DNA from: the human T2T-CHM13v2.0 reference genome, Homo sapiens
Strand: one strand, 5' to 3'
NCBI RefSeq assembly: GCF_009914755.1
Contig: NC_060927.1
DNA length: 64,000 bases
In this document: piece by piece, positions 28,900-43,610 of the stretch
Numbering within the stretch: the stretch's first letter is position 1
How the letters are laid out: each line of letters starts with the position of its first letter
The notes under the pieces: model-generated
Told to the model about the DNA's origin: nothing
Seen by the model: the letters and a program-made list of their open reading frames with translations, nothing else
Databases searched by the model: none
Translations under genes and position numbers: made by a program

Positions 28900-30087
28900 T
28901 AGCCAGCTGGGGCTATGTAGTAGCCACTTCTTTCTGTGAGGTAGCCTTTGGGCGTGGGCAATCAGTGAGTAGGCTGAGTGCCGCCTCACTGCAGTCATGC
29001 ACACATGCATTCACTCTAGATGCATTAACTGAGTATTTGCTATACGACAGGCTGTGTTCTAAGCCCTGGCAACATGAACTATTCAGTGCTGCTCTCAGAG
29101 ACTTTGATCTGGTGAAGGAAACAAGTAAAGCCAGTGAAGCGTTACATGGGTCATGACGGACCTCTGTACGGAGGGACCCAGGGGGACGGGGCCTGATCTT
29201 TTAAAAACCCCAATCCATCTGTGAAATCCAACCAAGATAAAGAGGCCATCCCCTGGGCCAAGGTTTGCCTTCTGTGAGAGGACATGTACAAAACCCCCAA
29301 GCCAGGGCCTAGAAAAGTTTGGGGTAGGCATGCCCCATGCCCAGTTGAGTGAATGTTCCCCCTCTGCTTCCCAGCGTTCCACTAGGAATGGCCTTTCACT
29401 GAGATTGGAAATAAAGAGAGGCAGGAAAAAGAGAAGTGAGATAAAAAGGTAGGAGGTGTATGTTGGCTGGTCTAGGTTGTGCCAGTGGAGGGGTCATGAG
29501 GTGCTTTAATTTTTCCAAGTGGTTTTTGCATGTATTATGTTCACTGATGTATATTTCTAACTTGTGGCATGTAATAGACACTCAGTAGATATTTGATGAA
29601 TTAATACAACTAGAATGTTGTTCTGGCCTCTTTAAAAAGCTTAGGTTGCTCACCTACAATGCTATGGTAAACATACTTTAAAAACAAAATCCAAATATTG
29701 TAGCACTTGCTGGCTTGGTGAATGGTGTTCTAGAAAAATGATAGCATGGGAGGTCCTGAAGATCAAAAGACAAAATAGTGATACCAGAAAGAAAAAAAAA
29801 AAACAGTGAGCGGCGGGGCTTTGGAGCAGTTCTTGGTGAGCATGGGGTGTAGTGCGCTAGGATGTTGGTGGTATCTGTAACACAATAATGGTGACCAGGA
29901 GCAGGCCCAGAGGGGCGCCCATGGAATCTGGGGCCAGCACAAACCTAGGTGGCTTCTCAGATGAAAATGAGACTACACAGTTGGGTGGCACCAGCTTCTG
30001 AAGGGCTGGCACCCACCTTAAACAGACAAGTCTCCTGGCTGAGCTCAGAGACTTTGGCTCACCTGGAAGCAGAGGTAGAACCTTGAG

Positions 30088-30240
30088 CAGTACTTTTCAA
30101 AACTCAGCGTGCATCTGAAGCACCTGGTGAACTCGTTACAGTGCAGGTTCTGGTGCAGCAGGCATGGCCTAGGGGCATTTCTAACAAGCTGCCAGGCTGC
30201 TTATGCTGCTGGTCTGCAGACCAGACTCTGAAGAGCAAAT
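30088..30240. mobile_element. MER5A-like DNA transposon
   Basis: cagtacttttcaaaact...gcatttctaacaagct.ccagg...gctgctggtctgcagaccagactctga. Confidence 0.75.
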
Positions 30241-31169
30241 GAGCCGGGCTTTGAGAAGCAACACCCAGGGTGGCACTCTGGGGTCCACCTCGCCCATTGG
30301 TGTCAGCCAGGAGAAACACTGGCATGTCTGCCAGGCCGAGGGAGAGTCTCGGCTTAACCTCAACCAGTCTTCACTGAGTTTGGGGAACACTGTCCCATCC
30401 CAGAGCAGGGACACAGGCCAGGACAAGACTGGACACTGTAAGGGAGCTTTCATTTTCACCTGGGAGAGAAAGTGGAATGTGACCCCATGTATCCAGAACA
30501 GAGGCCTGGAACCACACGAATGTACTTCAAGTCCTACTCAGCCACCATCAGCCCCATGACGGTGAACAAATTACCTAACGTCTCTCAGCCTCAGTTTTCC
30601 CATCTCTAAATGGGAATAATGTGAAATAGTTGGGAGGATGAAATGAGACAATTTATGAAAAGCTGCTGTGATGGAACCCAAAAATATCTACCCAGCAGTG
30701 GAGTGGCAGAAACATCATCCAGACACGTACCTTCTACTGGATACTAACTGACCCTCCAGAGACCTGGCCCCCATGCTGGGTGCATCTGACAATACAGAAA
30801 AGTAACATGATGAATAACCAATACCTGAAAGTATGCCATTTATTTCTTTTAGAAATACTTACTAATTGCCAACCATTCAGTGGCATTTCAGGCCCTGTAT
30901 TGAGCTGTGTATCAAGGTGAGGGCGTCTTGACCTAAGAAATGAGGGAACTCAGGCTGGCACAGTGGGAAGGGGCGAAAAGAGAAGATGAGAGAAAACAGG
31001 TGCTGTGCAATGGTGGACTGTGTTGAGTTGAGAGCAAGTGGGAAGTGAGAATGGGAAAAGCCTGGCGGAGTCTTGAGTGCCACTTGAGGAGTCTGTAAAT
31101 AATGAACAGTAATTGATGGTTGTGGTCAAAAATCTTTATTATTATCATTGTAATCATTATTACATCTCA

Positions 31170-31410
31170 TATTTATTGAGCATTTACTATGTACTAGGGA
31201 CCATGCTAAGTACTATAAGTATACTAATTCTTTTATTCCTTATGAGGACTCTGTGATTTGGGTTTCGTTGCCCTCATATTACAGATGCAAAAGCCAGGTA
31301 CAGAAAGGCTCGATAACTTTCCCCTTGTCTCTTAGTCAACAAGTGGTCAGAGGTGAGACTTGAACCTAAACAGTCTGACTCCAGGGCAGCTCTTTTAACC
31401 ACTATACTAT
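31170..31410 (-). mobile_element. MIR SINE
   Basis: atttattgagcatttactatgt...cccatattacagatg...gacttgaacctaaacagtctgactccag. Confidence 0.8.
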
Positions 31411-31639
31411 ACACAGAATCCCTTGAGAGGGTTGCCAAAAAGGGAGAATGGAAGCTGGGGCCATTGGCGGCATCTAGCTAGGAGGAGAGAGCTGTGACCC
31501 AGGAATAAATCAATCTTGTAGCTCCAAGAAAGTCAGAGGAAAAGAGATGAGAGTGGGGAGGTCTTCCTGAAAGAGGAGACTTTTGATCCAGGTCATGAGG
31601 TGAGCGACTTTATATGGCAATACCTAGGGCCAGTAACTG

Positions 31640-32132
31640 CTACATCAGGGTCCCCCTCCGCCTCCTCCAGGTGGTATCTTAGCATAGCCAAGTCAATCCC
31701 CAGACCCTGACTCACCTAGTAATCAGGTGAAACAGCTCCCACTCTAACCTGGAGGAGGGCAGGACAAACACAACGTACAGCATTTGCCGCTCCTGGAACA
31801 TGCGCCCTGGTGTGACCGGGATTCCTACAGGATGGCTCACATGTGAGGCATTGCCACTCCTGCGAGCGGTCCCTCACCACTGATGAGCAGAACGTGGAGA
31901 GATAAACCCCCCCAGCTTCCTTATTCGTTGGGCAGGATACTCTTAGGTATCCTCTAAACCACGTCCCAGAGTTTCCCAACTAGATCGAGCTCTGACTGCC
32001 CACAGTGATGATCTCCGCTGGCCGCCTTCCTTCCCTGCCCACTCTGTTCTTCCAGTGCTTCCTGGGATCTCCTCCCACATAAACTATCGTGCATTCCAAT
32101 TCTAGTCTCAGCCTCGGCTTCTGGCCTAAGAG
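31640..32132 (+). mobile_element. ERVL LTR16-like solo LTR
   Basis: gataaaccccccagcttcct...cccagagtttccc...cctgggatctcctcccacataaact...tctcagcctcggcttctgg. Confidence 0.6.
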
Positions 32133-33885
32133 AGAGAGGCTTCCCTGCAGGCCTCCAGGGCCCTTTCCTATCCACCCCAATATGGGGGTGAGTCACCCCC
32201 AGTCCTCAACTGGGGCCCACCCTCCTAAACACATTGTGGAGACTTCTTGTACCTCCCAGTCAGGCAGAAAAACAGAAACACGATTTTATCTCTAGAGCGT
32301 GGCCCTTCACTACTGGGCATCCTTCCGGAGGCCTGCTGCCCACCGCGGGGTGGAGGGCGCTCTGAGCCAGTCTCGCAGCTGACCGTGCTCTTCATTTGTA
32401 CTATCTCTCCCCAGATCTAGCTGTGTTTTTATTGTGAGCCACTTAAAATCCTTTCTGGAAGTCGGTGGTATAAATAAATAACAGCAGCCATAACACATTC
32501 TCTGCAAGCTCTTAGTTCGGAGTTGAGCATTTTTAAAAAGAGCTTTTTTTAGACAGGCAGTTGCTTCCACGGCAGGAAACTTCCTGTCATCTTCACCAGA
32601 GTGGCATCCCTGTCAGATGCCTTTGGAATTAGTGGGCAGAGAGGAATAAGAAAGGCAGCCAACTGCGCATCTACAGATCTTTGAAAGAGTAGTTCCTTTT
32701 TCTTCCCTAATTAGGGTGGATTTGGGACAAATGGTTGGGTCCCCGGAGACCGCAGGAATGGCTGGAAGAGGCAGAAACATATCCCCACCACCCCCACCTC
32801 AGGCCAGGGCAGGGCACTCACCCACAATCTTCAGAGCTAGTATCCCTGGGAAGGTTTCTACCCAATGACCCTCCGCCGCCATAAAAGGAGAGAGGGTGGA
32901 TTCCCTGTGGAAAGGTGGAAAGCAGGAGAGAAGCTATTTATAGATGAGCTTTCCAAAATAGAATCAGGACTGAACCAGAGGTAACATCCTCGCTCTGAGG
33001 ACGTGTTCTCCGCTTCCTTAGGGTGAACCCTAGTGAGTATCATTTGGGCTTTAGGGCCTCATAAATTCAAGCTCAACTCTTATCCCTGCTACTTAGGAGT
33101 CATGTGACTTTGGAAAGTTACATCATCATTTGCACCTCAGCTCCTTCATCTGTATAATGGGAGTTTTAAAAACATCCACCTCCTGCCTGGAGGGTTCCAT
33201 GAGAAAAATATATGGAGCGCCTTGCACAGTTTCCGGCACAGAGGAGTCGTGCCGAATGTGCAGCTCTCCTCCTCTCCACCCCATCATAAATGTCTTGTCA
33301 TTTTTTCGAGCCACATGCCCAGGTTCTGTAAACTAGCGTGGGTGTGACAGTGGGACAGATTTCCAGGTGGTGTAGCCCCCACCCCCAGCTCGTGCTGTCT
33401 GCTCCGGGCCGCCTCTGCTCCCGGCCTCCCACTGCTCTGCCGTGTGCGGGCCGCTCATCACCAGGTGGGGCCTGGCGGGAGGTAAGCTGTCCTCCGAGGG
33501 GCTTGTGAATATGAACTATGAAGATTTAAGAAGCCCTTAACCTGCTCAGAAAAATGACCACAAACAGAATTATTAACCACGAAAGACTTTCCAGGAGACA
33601 TACCATAGAAAAGGAAGGCTGTTTTGAGCACTTGTCATGGGTGGACTCGGTGCGCTTTTTGGAAACTAACATTTGCCATCAACCAGAGGAGCAGAACCTG
33701 GAACTCGGGGAGCTCGGGCTGCCAGGAGAGATGCATCAGGAGGGATAGAAGGTCAGTGGGGGCCACGAAACCCGAGTTCCAGTCCCCACTGTCACCTCAC
33801 AGCTGTCTGACTTTGAGCCAGTTGTTAACTTAGTGAGCCTCAGTTTCTTGCTAGTAAACACACCTGTGCTGCCAGTATCACCCAG

Positions 33886-34185
33886 CAGCGGTCCCCAACC
33901 TTCTTGGCACCAGGGACCAGTTTCATGGAAGAGAATTTTTCCATAGATGCTGGGCTTGGGGATAGTTTCAGGATGAAACTCATGAAGGACAACTTAGATC
34001 CCTCGCATGCGCACTTTGCAGTAGGGTTCATGTTCCTATGAGAATGTAATGCCGCCGCTGATCTGAAGGAGGTGGAGTTCTGGCGATAACGCTCGCTCCT
34101 GGCCACTCACCTCCTGCCGTGCGGCCCAGTTCCTAGCAGGACACCGACCAGTACCCATCCACGACCCAGGGCTTGGGGACCCCTG
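33886..34185. mobile_element. MER1B-like hAT-Charlie MITE
   Basis: Terminal inverted repeats cagcggtccccaa / ttggggacccctg; internal ttagatccctcgcatgcgca. Confidence 0.88.
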
Positions 34186-34233
34186 ACCTAGACCATTCTT
34201 TCATGTTGCAACAAACAATGACTGCATACCTAC

Positions 34234-34700
34234 TGTGTTAGTTTCCTAGGGCTGCTGGAACAAAATAATACAAACTGGGTGGCTTGAGACAACATTATTT
34301 GATCGCATTTCTGGAAGCTAGAAGTCCAAAATCAAGGTGTGTGCATGGCCACGCTGTCTCTGACAGCTCTGGGAGAGAGCCCTTTCTTGCCTCTTGTAGC
34401 TTCTGGCGTGGAAGGCAGTGCTTGTAGTTGCATGACACCAATCCTCCGTCTTCTCATGGTCATCTTCTCCCTGTGTTTCTTCACATCGTCTTCTCTCTAT
34501 GCATGTCAACCTCTGTCCAGATTTCCACATTTTTTTTTATAAGGGCACCAAGTCATACTGGATTAGGGCCCACCCTAATTACCTCATTTTAACTTGATTA
34601 CCCCTATAAAGACACTATTTTCAAATAGCGTCACATTCTGACATACTCGGGCTAGGATTTCAACACATCTTTTTGAGGAACACAGTTTAACCCGTAACAA
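34234..34700 (-). mobile_element. MLT1B/C-type MaLR solo LTR
   Basis: tgtgttagtttcctagggctgct...gaagtccaaaatcaaggtgt...gattagggcccacccta...cccgtaaca. Confidence 0.85.
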
Positions 34701-37700
34701 ACAGTAACACCTAGTGAGTGCAGAACTGGAGTGCATGGATGTTACCTTTCCATGCTTGCCGCTCTCTGCAAAGTCTAGCTGGAGATCAAATTTTGTCACA
34801 AGTGTTGTGAGTATTTAGAAACCTCTGGCAGCACACATAAGTCCTGATCTTTTGAAGAAAAATGTTCTGTAGGCACTGTGCTAAGTACCCACATTCTTCC
34901 TCAGTGATGGAATAAGGGAAAGACGTTCCCAGCAAAAGCAATAGCATGAACACGGCACAGGGTTTCACAGGGATGGGGCTGGGTGGGAGGGAGGCAGAGC
35001 TAAGTTTGAGGAGGTAGGTCAGGGCTAGCTTCCTAGGGGCTTTGGGTGCTGGGATAAGGTGTGTGAACATTAGCCCTAGGGAGCCAAGGGAAGTTTCTAG
35101 TCATGAGAAAAAGCAGTTCGAAGAAGGTGGTGCCTAGCTGCTGTGTCTGGCTGGAAGGCTTCGGCAGGGACACAGGGCAGGGCTTTTGATCTTTCTCAGA
35201 TATGCCCTGCAGCTCCAGAAGGCATTCGTGGCCCCTTCCAGCAGCTGGGACCACTCCAGAATTCTAGCATTTCTTGGACATCCTCTAGGGCCTTGGACTA
35301 TACCCACCACCCCACCCCTGCACTCGACCAAGGCCCCAGATCTCTGAACCCCAGGAGTGAAGGGGCTGCAGATGGATAGATGGTCCTTTCCAAGGTCATG
35401 TCCCAGCTCAGGAATCTTAGACGATGGTGGTCCAGGAGCACGCCTGAAACGTGACCTCCAGGGGAATCCTGCGGCATCACTCTTGCTTTTTAGCCAGGCT
35501 GCTAGGAAATACTCGAAAGATTCTAGAGACCCTCCCTACCTGCCCTCTCCCATTGCCCTTTGCTCGAAGCCCTCTCTAGCCACAGGCTGCACCATGCCTT
35601 TAAGATCACGCCCTCCTGTCTACCCAGAGCTACAGGGTGGCTGCCAAGCTGCCTTCTCCCCACCTGTTGGAGGCATCTGGTCCTAAGGAAAATGCTGCAG
35701 GCGTGTTGGGGGCCTTCTCCTCTCTTCTCTTCTGTTGGGGGCAGACGTTCCCGAAGCCATGCTCTCATAGTGCCTAGATAATGTGTGTATTGACCACAAA
35801 GAGATGTTGGCCGGCACATAACATTCTCTTCATAGCTGTGCTGGAGCTCTTGTAGCCACCTGATGGAAGCATCCAGAGATTCCAATAAGGAGGGAGATCA
35901 CAGATGCAACCACAGGCTTTAGGAGTCAGGAAGTTCTAACCAGAAAGTAGAAATATGTGAGGAACCAGTAGGGAGGGGGTGACGTGGTGCACTGGTGGGA
36001 AGCCTAAACACCCCAACCCAACTGTGTGGGTGAATCCCACACCCTCCGGTTCGCCCGCGGGATCTTGCACAAATGATTGCACTTCTGTGGGCCTTCGCTT
36101 CCTCATCAGCCAAATGGGGACCATAATGGTGCCTACCGCATGGGGGCGCTGTGAAAAGTAAAGAGAGTCGGTGATCGTTAAGCATGTAGAACAGTGCCTG
36201 GCACGAGGCAAGCCCTAGAAAAAGGGGTGGTTACATGCAAAAACATACAAAATGCAGGAATTGAATGTGGGTGACAGGGATGGTCTGCAAATTGAACTTG
36301 AAAGGACATCAGTCTCCAGGATGGTGGAAGGATTTCAGGCCTAAGGAAGAAGGAGGCACTTCCATGGATATACCCAACATTGCCACAGAATTTTAATTCT
36401 TTATTTCTTTAATGAAAATTTACATTTCCTTCTTAACTTTGAAAAAAAAGCCAGAACGCTTGAACAAACCACTGTAATACCCAGGAGCTGCCTCCAGTGG
36501 GATTTAAAGATGCTGGTGATTCCACTTTCCTTTATGGGTCTTGTTCTGAAAGTCCTGCCAGTCCAGGAAGGCAGCCCGTTGCAGCAGAGAACCAAACCAG
36601 CAGAAGAAAGGGATCCATTTGCGTGGCAAAACTTGCCATTTAATTGGATTTCATAGTAGGGTTGGGCTTTTCTGCTGCTTAAGATGGCCCTGGGGGGCCA
36701 TGGGCGCGACCCTCCATATATGGGCCACCACGCGGCATCCTGGGGAGGCGCTGCAGCTCCTGTAGCCCCTGCCGAAGAGGGGACCTCCTCTGGAAGCCCT
36801 GGCCAGACTCTCAGTCGGCAGCAGATGGAGGAGAGCCCCTTGCCCTTCTGGCTTGGCTGTTTTCCTCATCAGCCTGCCTCATACTCACAGCAAGGGTCAC
36901 TCCTCACCACCCCACTTTCTGCTTCTCCTTCTCTGTTGGTTTTCCTCCCTGCACACTCAGAAATGCTGCTGAAAATCCACGCTTCGCTGGTGCTCCCCAC
37001 AGCCGCCTTCATTACCAACCCAAGCAGGCCAGGGCTCTCCATTTGCCGCAGCTGGAAGATAATATATAAGCCATTTGAAGCCTCATGCCTATGAATCCAG
37101 CAGCCAGTATAATAAAACACCAGGTTATTTTGTGTTTTATTAACTGCCTCTTCCCTTCAGTTTGCATAATAGTGAGTTAGATTTACATGCCGTTAAGACG
37201 GCTGTGCATTATTTTTAATAGAAGGTACGACAGGCTCCTCTCTCTCAGCCCTGGCGCGTGATAAAGTTACCTCATGCAATGTTGATGAAGGTTTCGTTCA
37301 CACTTGCTGGGTCGGGGCAATGTCTTTTTTTCCAGATGGATACTCTATTGTAAAATGATTTCCCTCCATAAGCTTGACTCTCCGTCCCTCTCTTCCGTGT
37401 CATCTTCCTACGAACCGGATAAACTGCCTATTAAATTTAATTACGGCCCAAATGGCCACACATCTTGATCTCATGTTCCCTCAAGTGTACTGTATACCAC
37501 CAAGGTCCTTGAGGAAGGAATAAAATAAATCTGGAGGATGCATGTCTACTCTCCACAAGGAACGTCGTGGAAGGCAAAGTTGACCACCTTCGTTTTTACA
37601 GTGTCTGTGGCACCTCGTGCAAACTCTTCTTTCTGGCTTTCCATGCAGACGTTCAAAGCAAGAGCTAGTTTTATTCACTTCCTGTAGACTGATTTTAACT

Positions 37701-38049
37701 GAGGTGGGGAACTAAAGATATCAGTTTGAGAAACACAGTACCTCTCCTGAGCTGTTTACATTTGTCAGAGAACCAAACGTCAGCCTTTTGTTGGATAGTA
37801 AATTACAAATATCTCATCATTTTATCTGTAAATATCTTAATATGTATTCTAAATGAAAGAAGCTCCTGCAAACGAAAGTAAAGCATCAGTGCCATTATTA
37901 CCATCCTAAAATAAAATGATCTCTAACACCTAATAGCTCATATTTCTGGTTTTCTCATATATATCACCACCTCTTTACAGTTTATTTTTTGAATTAAAAT
38001 TTAGATAAGGTTTACACCATGCAATTGGTTGTCAGTTTTCTCAGTATCT

Positions 38050-38900
38050 TAAGTCAGGTTTATTGCAGTATATTTTACATAATGTAATTTTTATCTTTTT
38101 TAAAGGTATAGTTTGATGAGTGTGATAAAAGTATACAGTCACATAACCTGACTCCAGTCAAGATGTAGAATATTTCCATTGCTCCAGAGAGTTTCCTTGT
38201 GCACCTGTGGTCAGTCCCCACCTGCCTTCCCGCTCCTGGAAAACCACTGAACTGTTCTCAATCACTATAGTTTTGCCTTTTCCAGAACGTCATATAAATG
38301 GAATCGTTTTGAGTATGGGCGTTTTATGTCTGCCTTCTTTGGTTTAGCATGCTTCCAAGGTTTATCCATGTTGTAGCATGTATTACAGTTTCCTTCCTTA
38401 TTAACGCTACCTAGCATTTTCATTGCAAAGTTGTAATCACAATTTATTTATCCACCCATCAGTTAATGAGCATTTGGGTTGAGTTGCTTTCAATCTATAG
38501 ATTTCTCTCTCCACTTGTTTTTCTCTCTTGCAATGTTCTTATTGAAGAAACCAGTTCATTGGTTTTGTGGATTTTCTGGCATTCTGGATGTTGATAGCTG
38601 TACCCACTTTGTGTAGTTTACCGTGTCCCTGGATTTCCTGAGGTTATCTAGAGTCTCAGTCAGATTCAAGTTTGATTTCTGGCCAGAATATTTCATGGGT
38701 GGTGGTGTGTTTTTCCATCAGGACATCAGCATGACAGGTGGCGTGTTTTTAAGAGATTAACAAGTACTGATGGTCAATGCTTAGAGCCATTCATTCATCA
38801 GAGTTAGAAAATGGTGACTCCTCATTCCTTTCTTGTTTGTTAGCTGGATAACTGCATACAGAGATACTTCCTCTCCTCTGTTACTTGATTATCCAGTGGT
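38050..38900 (-). mobile_element. Old L1M fragments
   Basis: cagtcaagatgtagaatatttccat...ttttgccttttccagaacgtcatataaatggaatc. Confidence 0.75.
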
Positions 38901-38939
38901 ACAGGCATAAGATTTTAAGTGTTTTAAAAGGATGAATCC

Positions 38940-39650
<711 letters not shown>

Positions 39651-40440
39651 TGAAGATCTCCAGAGGAGGTTTTGAGTTTCGACTCTAGCACTCACCTGAC
39701 TTAGTAGGTGGACTCACCTAGCCTCTGGCTCCTTATCTGTGAAATGGGCTGAATTCCCATCCCTCAGGCTCACTGAGGTCTGCGAGGCTCAAATGGGCTG
39801 AGGTTGGCAAACTCTACAGGTGAATGCTGGTCTGTTTCTAAGTTTACCCCAGACCCCCTGATTTTACAAGAAACAAAATCATCACATATGCTCTCAGGAC
39901 CCCTGGCACCTGTAAGTTACTGAGTAATCATTGCCACTCTTCCTCAGGTCTGTTTAGCAAACAGGACACATAAACATTCAAGCTTCCTGTGCGACCACCA
40001 CACACGGGGACCTCTCTCCTCCTAAGTGGGAGTGCGTTCGTGTGCTTAATTATAGTAACTGTATTTGCTTTGCAGAATGGTTTATACCCAAAGCTATGAG
40101 AGACCTAATAAAAAAGCAATGTTTTTATAGCACTTCAAAAGCTGATTTTACTTTCCCTATGTTCTGATGCATCCCTGGAGGCCAGTCCCCCATCCCACTT
40201 TCTCCATGGGCCTCCCTGCGTACATACGTCTAATGGGAGCTGCTCCCATCCAAGGAAACAGTCCCAGCCTGAAGCCCCCACCAGGGAAAGAGAGGGTGGA
40301 CTTCCAGCCTGTGGAAGACAAAGTGTGCTGACCCCCTTACCCTCTTTAAGGCTCTAGAAGCAGTAGCGTGAGCAGGGCAGGGAGCGAAGGGGCATCAGGG
40401 ATCCCCTTTTTACAGGTGAGGAAACTGAGGCCCACAGACG

Positions 40441-40796
40441 TGCTATGACTGAATATTTGCATCCTCCCAAAATGTATATGTTGAAGCCTTAATTCCCAAT
40501 GTGATGGTATTAGGAGGTGGGGTCTTTGGGCGGGGGCGATTAGGTTTAGGTGAGGTTACAGGGTGGAGCCCCAAGATGGAATCAGTGCCCTTATGAGGAG
40601 ATGAAGCCACCAGAGCTCCCTTTCTCTTTCTTGTGAGGATATAGCAGGAAGGCAGCTGTGACCTAAGATGAGAGCCCTCACCAAGAACCCAGCCATGCCA
40701 GCTCCCTGACCTCAGACTTCCAGCCTCTAGACCTAGGAGAAGCAAATGTTGTTGTTTAAGGGGCCAGGTCTCTGTTACAGTAGCCTGAACTAAGAC
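40441..40796 (+). mobile_element. MLT1A/MST-type MaLR solo LTR nested in a MIR
   Basis: TG...CA termini (tgctatgactgaat...cctgaactaagaca); MIR core gaggaaactgaggccca on the left resumes as cccaaggtcacag on the right. Confidence 0.85.
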
Positions 40797-43029
40797 AGGA
40801 GGGCAGGGATCTTCCCAAGGTCACAGATGGGGGTGGTGCAAGATCGGGGTGGAGTGGGGTATACGGCCAGAGTGGTACTGGGCTACCTCCAGGCCTAACA
40901 GGATGTAAAAGAGGATATGAAGCATAAACAGGAGCCCTTAGGGATAGCAGAGATGAGAGAGTTGTGGGCCACAGTGAGCTAGACCACCAGAGAGTAACAG
41001 AGACAATGTGGGCGAATCAATAATGATGTTAACAATGAGCTATTAGAATAATGAATGAAAATTACTGGGCCTTTTAATGCTTTCCTGACAAGAACTTAAA
41101 ATGTAACACTCAGTAGAATTTCCCCTAAACCTCATAACACTTCCAAGATATTAGCAGAGACTGGAGTTACCACCACAGTGTCTGAGTGGTCTGTGAGGTG
41201 ACTCACAGCAAATCAAGTCCACAGCAAGCAATGCTGTGTCATTCTGACAGCCCTGCATCACGCAGCCACCCAGCAGGGCCTGGAGCCTTCCCAGGCCTCA
41301 GGCTCTGACCTTGACCTTCTGCTTGTTTCTTAATCCTTCTTTTGTCTAGTTGCCAGATGATGACAGTTTGTGATACTCAGCCCCAACATATGGAGTGAGA
41401 GGTATGCTTTGAGATCCTCCGGGAAAGTGTCTTATTTCTGCACAGCCACACACTTAGTGATCAGGGTGCAGTCTCCACAAGATTTAAATCCCCTTCCTCA
41501 ATTTAGAAATCCCCTTCCTGCCTCCAGCACCTCTCTTCCCACATCTCAGCTTACACTGAATCCTGCAGCACTCTTCCAGCCCCATGGATCCAAGCATTAG
41601 CCATTAGCCCCTTGGTAGAGTCAGTAGAACAGAAACCAATTTTTGTGACCTTGGTGAAGTTATTTAACTTCTCTAAGCCTCTGTTTACCTATGTACAAAA
41701 TAGAAATGCAAATCAACAAGGCATTAAATAAGGTAATTACTTAAATGGGATTAAATACATTAACAGCTGTAATACCTAGCACGTAGTAGGTACTTAGCCA
41801 ATGATGTTGATGACAAGGCCAAAGCTGGGTTAACGTGGGCAATTTCAGCCCTGTGGTGGGAATCAGGAAACTTTCAACCACTCCTTCCTGGGCCATGGGG
41901 GTGAGGAGTCTGGGTTGGGGTGCAATAGGCCAGGGAGGAAAATGTCCCGATAGTTAAAGGGCAAAGACCTCCAATCATACCAGACAAAGTTCGAAGGAAT
42001 ACCCATTTGGCCCTAGGCAAGAGCTTGTTTCCAAGAATTTGTAGCAAAGGCAATTAATCACAAGATCCTGAAAGTACGCAAGTTCAAAGAGCATATTTTG
42101 AATGAGAATATTAACTGGCAGAGCTGTTTAGAAGAATCTTCTTATCTAAGTCATTGATATATGGATAGAGTGGGACAGAGTAACCAGGCGGATGGACAGA
42201 CAGACAGACCCAGGCTGAGGTTATTCTCAGACCCTAGAAAGGAAACCCAGGCTGTCTCAAGGGTCACCAGCCCTGATTGAGTACCGCCTGTTCAGAGCCA
42301 CGTGTCTCGTGTTGTGTGTGGTCTCTCAACAAGACAAGGTAATGCTTCCAACTGCACGCCTGCCAGGGCTGGCACTTTCACAGGAAGATGCGGTCAGCTG
42401 CGGGACACGCAGCCGAGGCTCTCCAGGAAGGGTTGATTCAGAATCATGAGGTGAGAGCCCTCATAATACAGGCAGATGGGGATGGAAGGCCTCACCTGTC
42501 CTGCCCTTGCTCACCTTCCAGGGGAATTTCCCATCCTAGCCTTTGCTCGGTGGGGACCATTTAGTGGGCAGCCCACAGCCGGGCTTCCTTCACGAGGTTG
42601 GGTCCAGAAGATTCTGAGGCCACACTTTGAGTTTCATGTTTTCCCACAGGAGCCAAGTAGCCAAAAATGTCTCTATTAAGACAGGCAGCCTCTTCATAAC
42701 CACTGCAGATGGGTTTTTTATGTTTCTTTCTTCACTCAAGAGTTGGTAGCATCCTAGGGCTGTGTTCAGGCAAGTGAGGGAGCCCCGGAGCAGGAGTGAC
42801 CCCTTCACCTGGCTCTGCCCCCATGTTTCCTTCTCGTTCAATCTCCTTTATGCCTTTTCTTCCACTCTCTCTCACCTGCCTCTTCTCCTCTGCACGTAAT
42901 TAGGATCAAGTCTCTCTCAACTTAAAATAAAAATCGTAAAAACAAACCTTGAGGTGGTCAGACTTCGGTTTCTCTGCCTCTTCTCTCCCTCCACCCCTCT
43001 TCCCTCCCTCCCATCCTTCTCTTCTTCCT

Positions 43030-43610
43030 TCCGCAAATATCTGTTGATGACCTACTGTGTGCCGCGCACTATTCTAGGCTCTGAGGAGGCAGCAGAGGGA
43101 ACCAAGCTAAAACCCCAGCCCTCATGGAGCCGACCTTCTCCTGGTGGGGGGACACAGACAGTAAGCAAGCAGATACGTGGATTAGACAGCGTCTTACATG
43201 CAACAGAGGAGAACAGAAGCAGAATCAGGGATGGAGCACAACAAAGGAGGGCTGGGGCTTGTTTCTGTAGCTCAGACACAGGTGGCATTTGAAGAAACCT
43301 GAATGAAGAAACAATTTCCCAGTGTTTCCCAGAAAGAGCCAGGCCCAAGAAAAGACACTGATGGGAGGGGTGTGTGAGTCGTGGGGAGCCTAGAGAGAGT
43401 GGAGTTCAAAGGCCCTGGGGCAGAGGAAGCCCCGGCAGGTTGGAGGAAGTGAGTGTGCCTGGAAGGGAGTGAGCCAGCGGGGGCGAGACCTTAGATCCTG
43501 GAGTGGGGCCTGTGATCGTGCACAGATTCTCCTTCTTGGTATCCTATAGAGTCACTGGGTTTTGAGCAGAGGTGTACCACGGTCTGACTTTTGGTTTAAA
43601 CGTTTGCTCT
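43030..43610 (-). mobile_element. L2 fragment
   Basis: caaatatctgttgatgacctactgtgtgcc...caaaggccctggggcag...ggttttgagcagagg. Confidence 0.6.

Noticed and set aside
33360-33500. Small GC/CpG-rich patch as a possible internal promoter
   Set aside because: Under 200 bp, no clear core promoter or first-exon evidence
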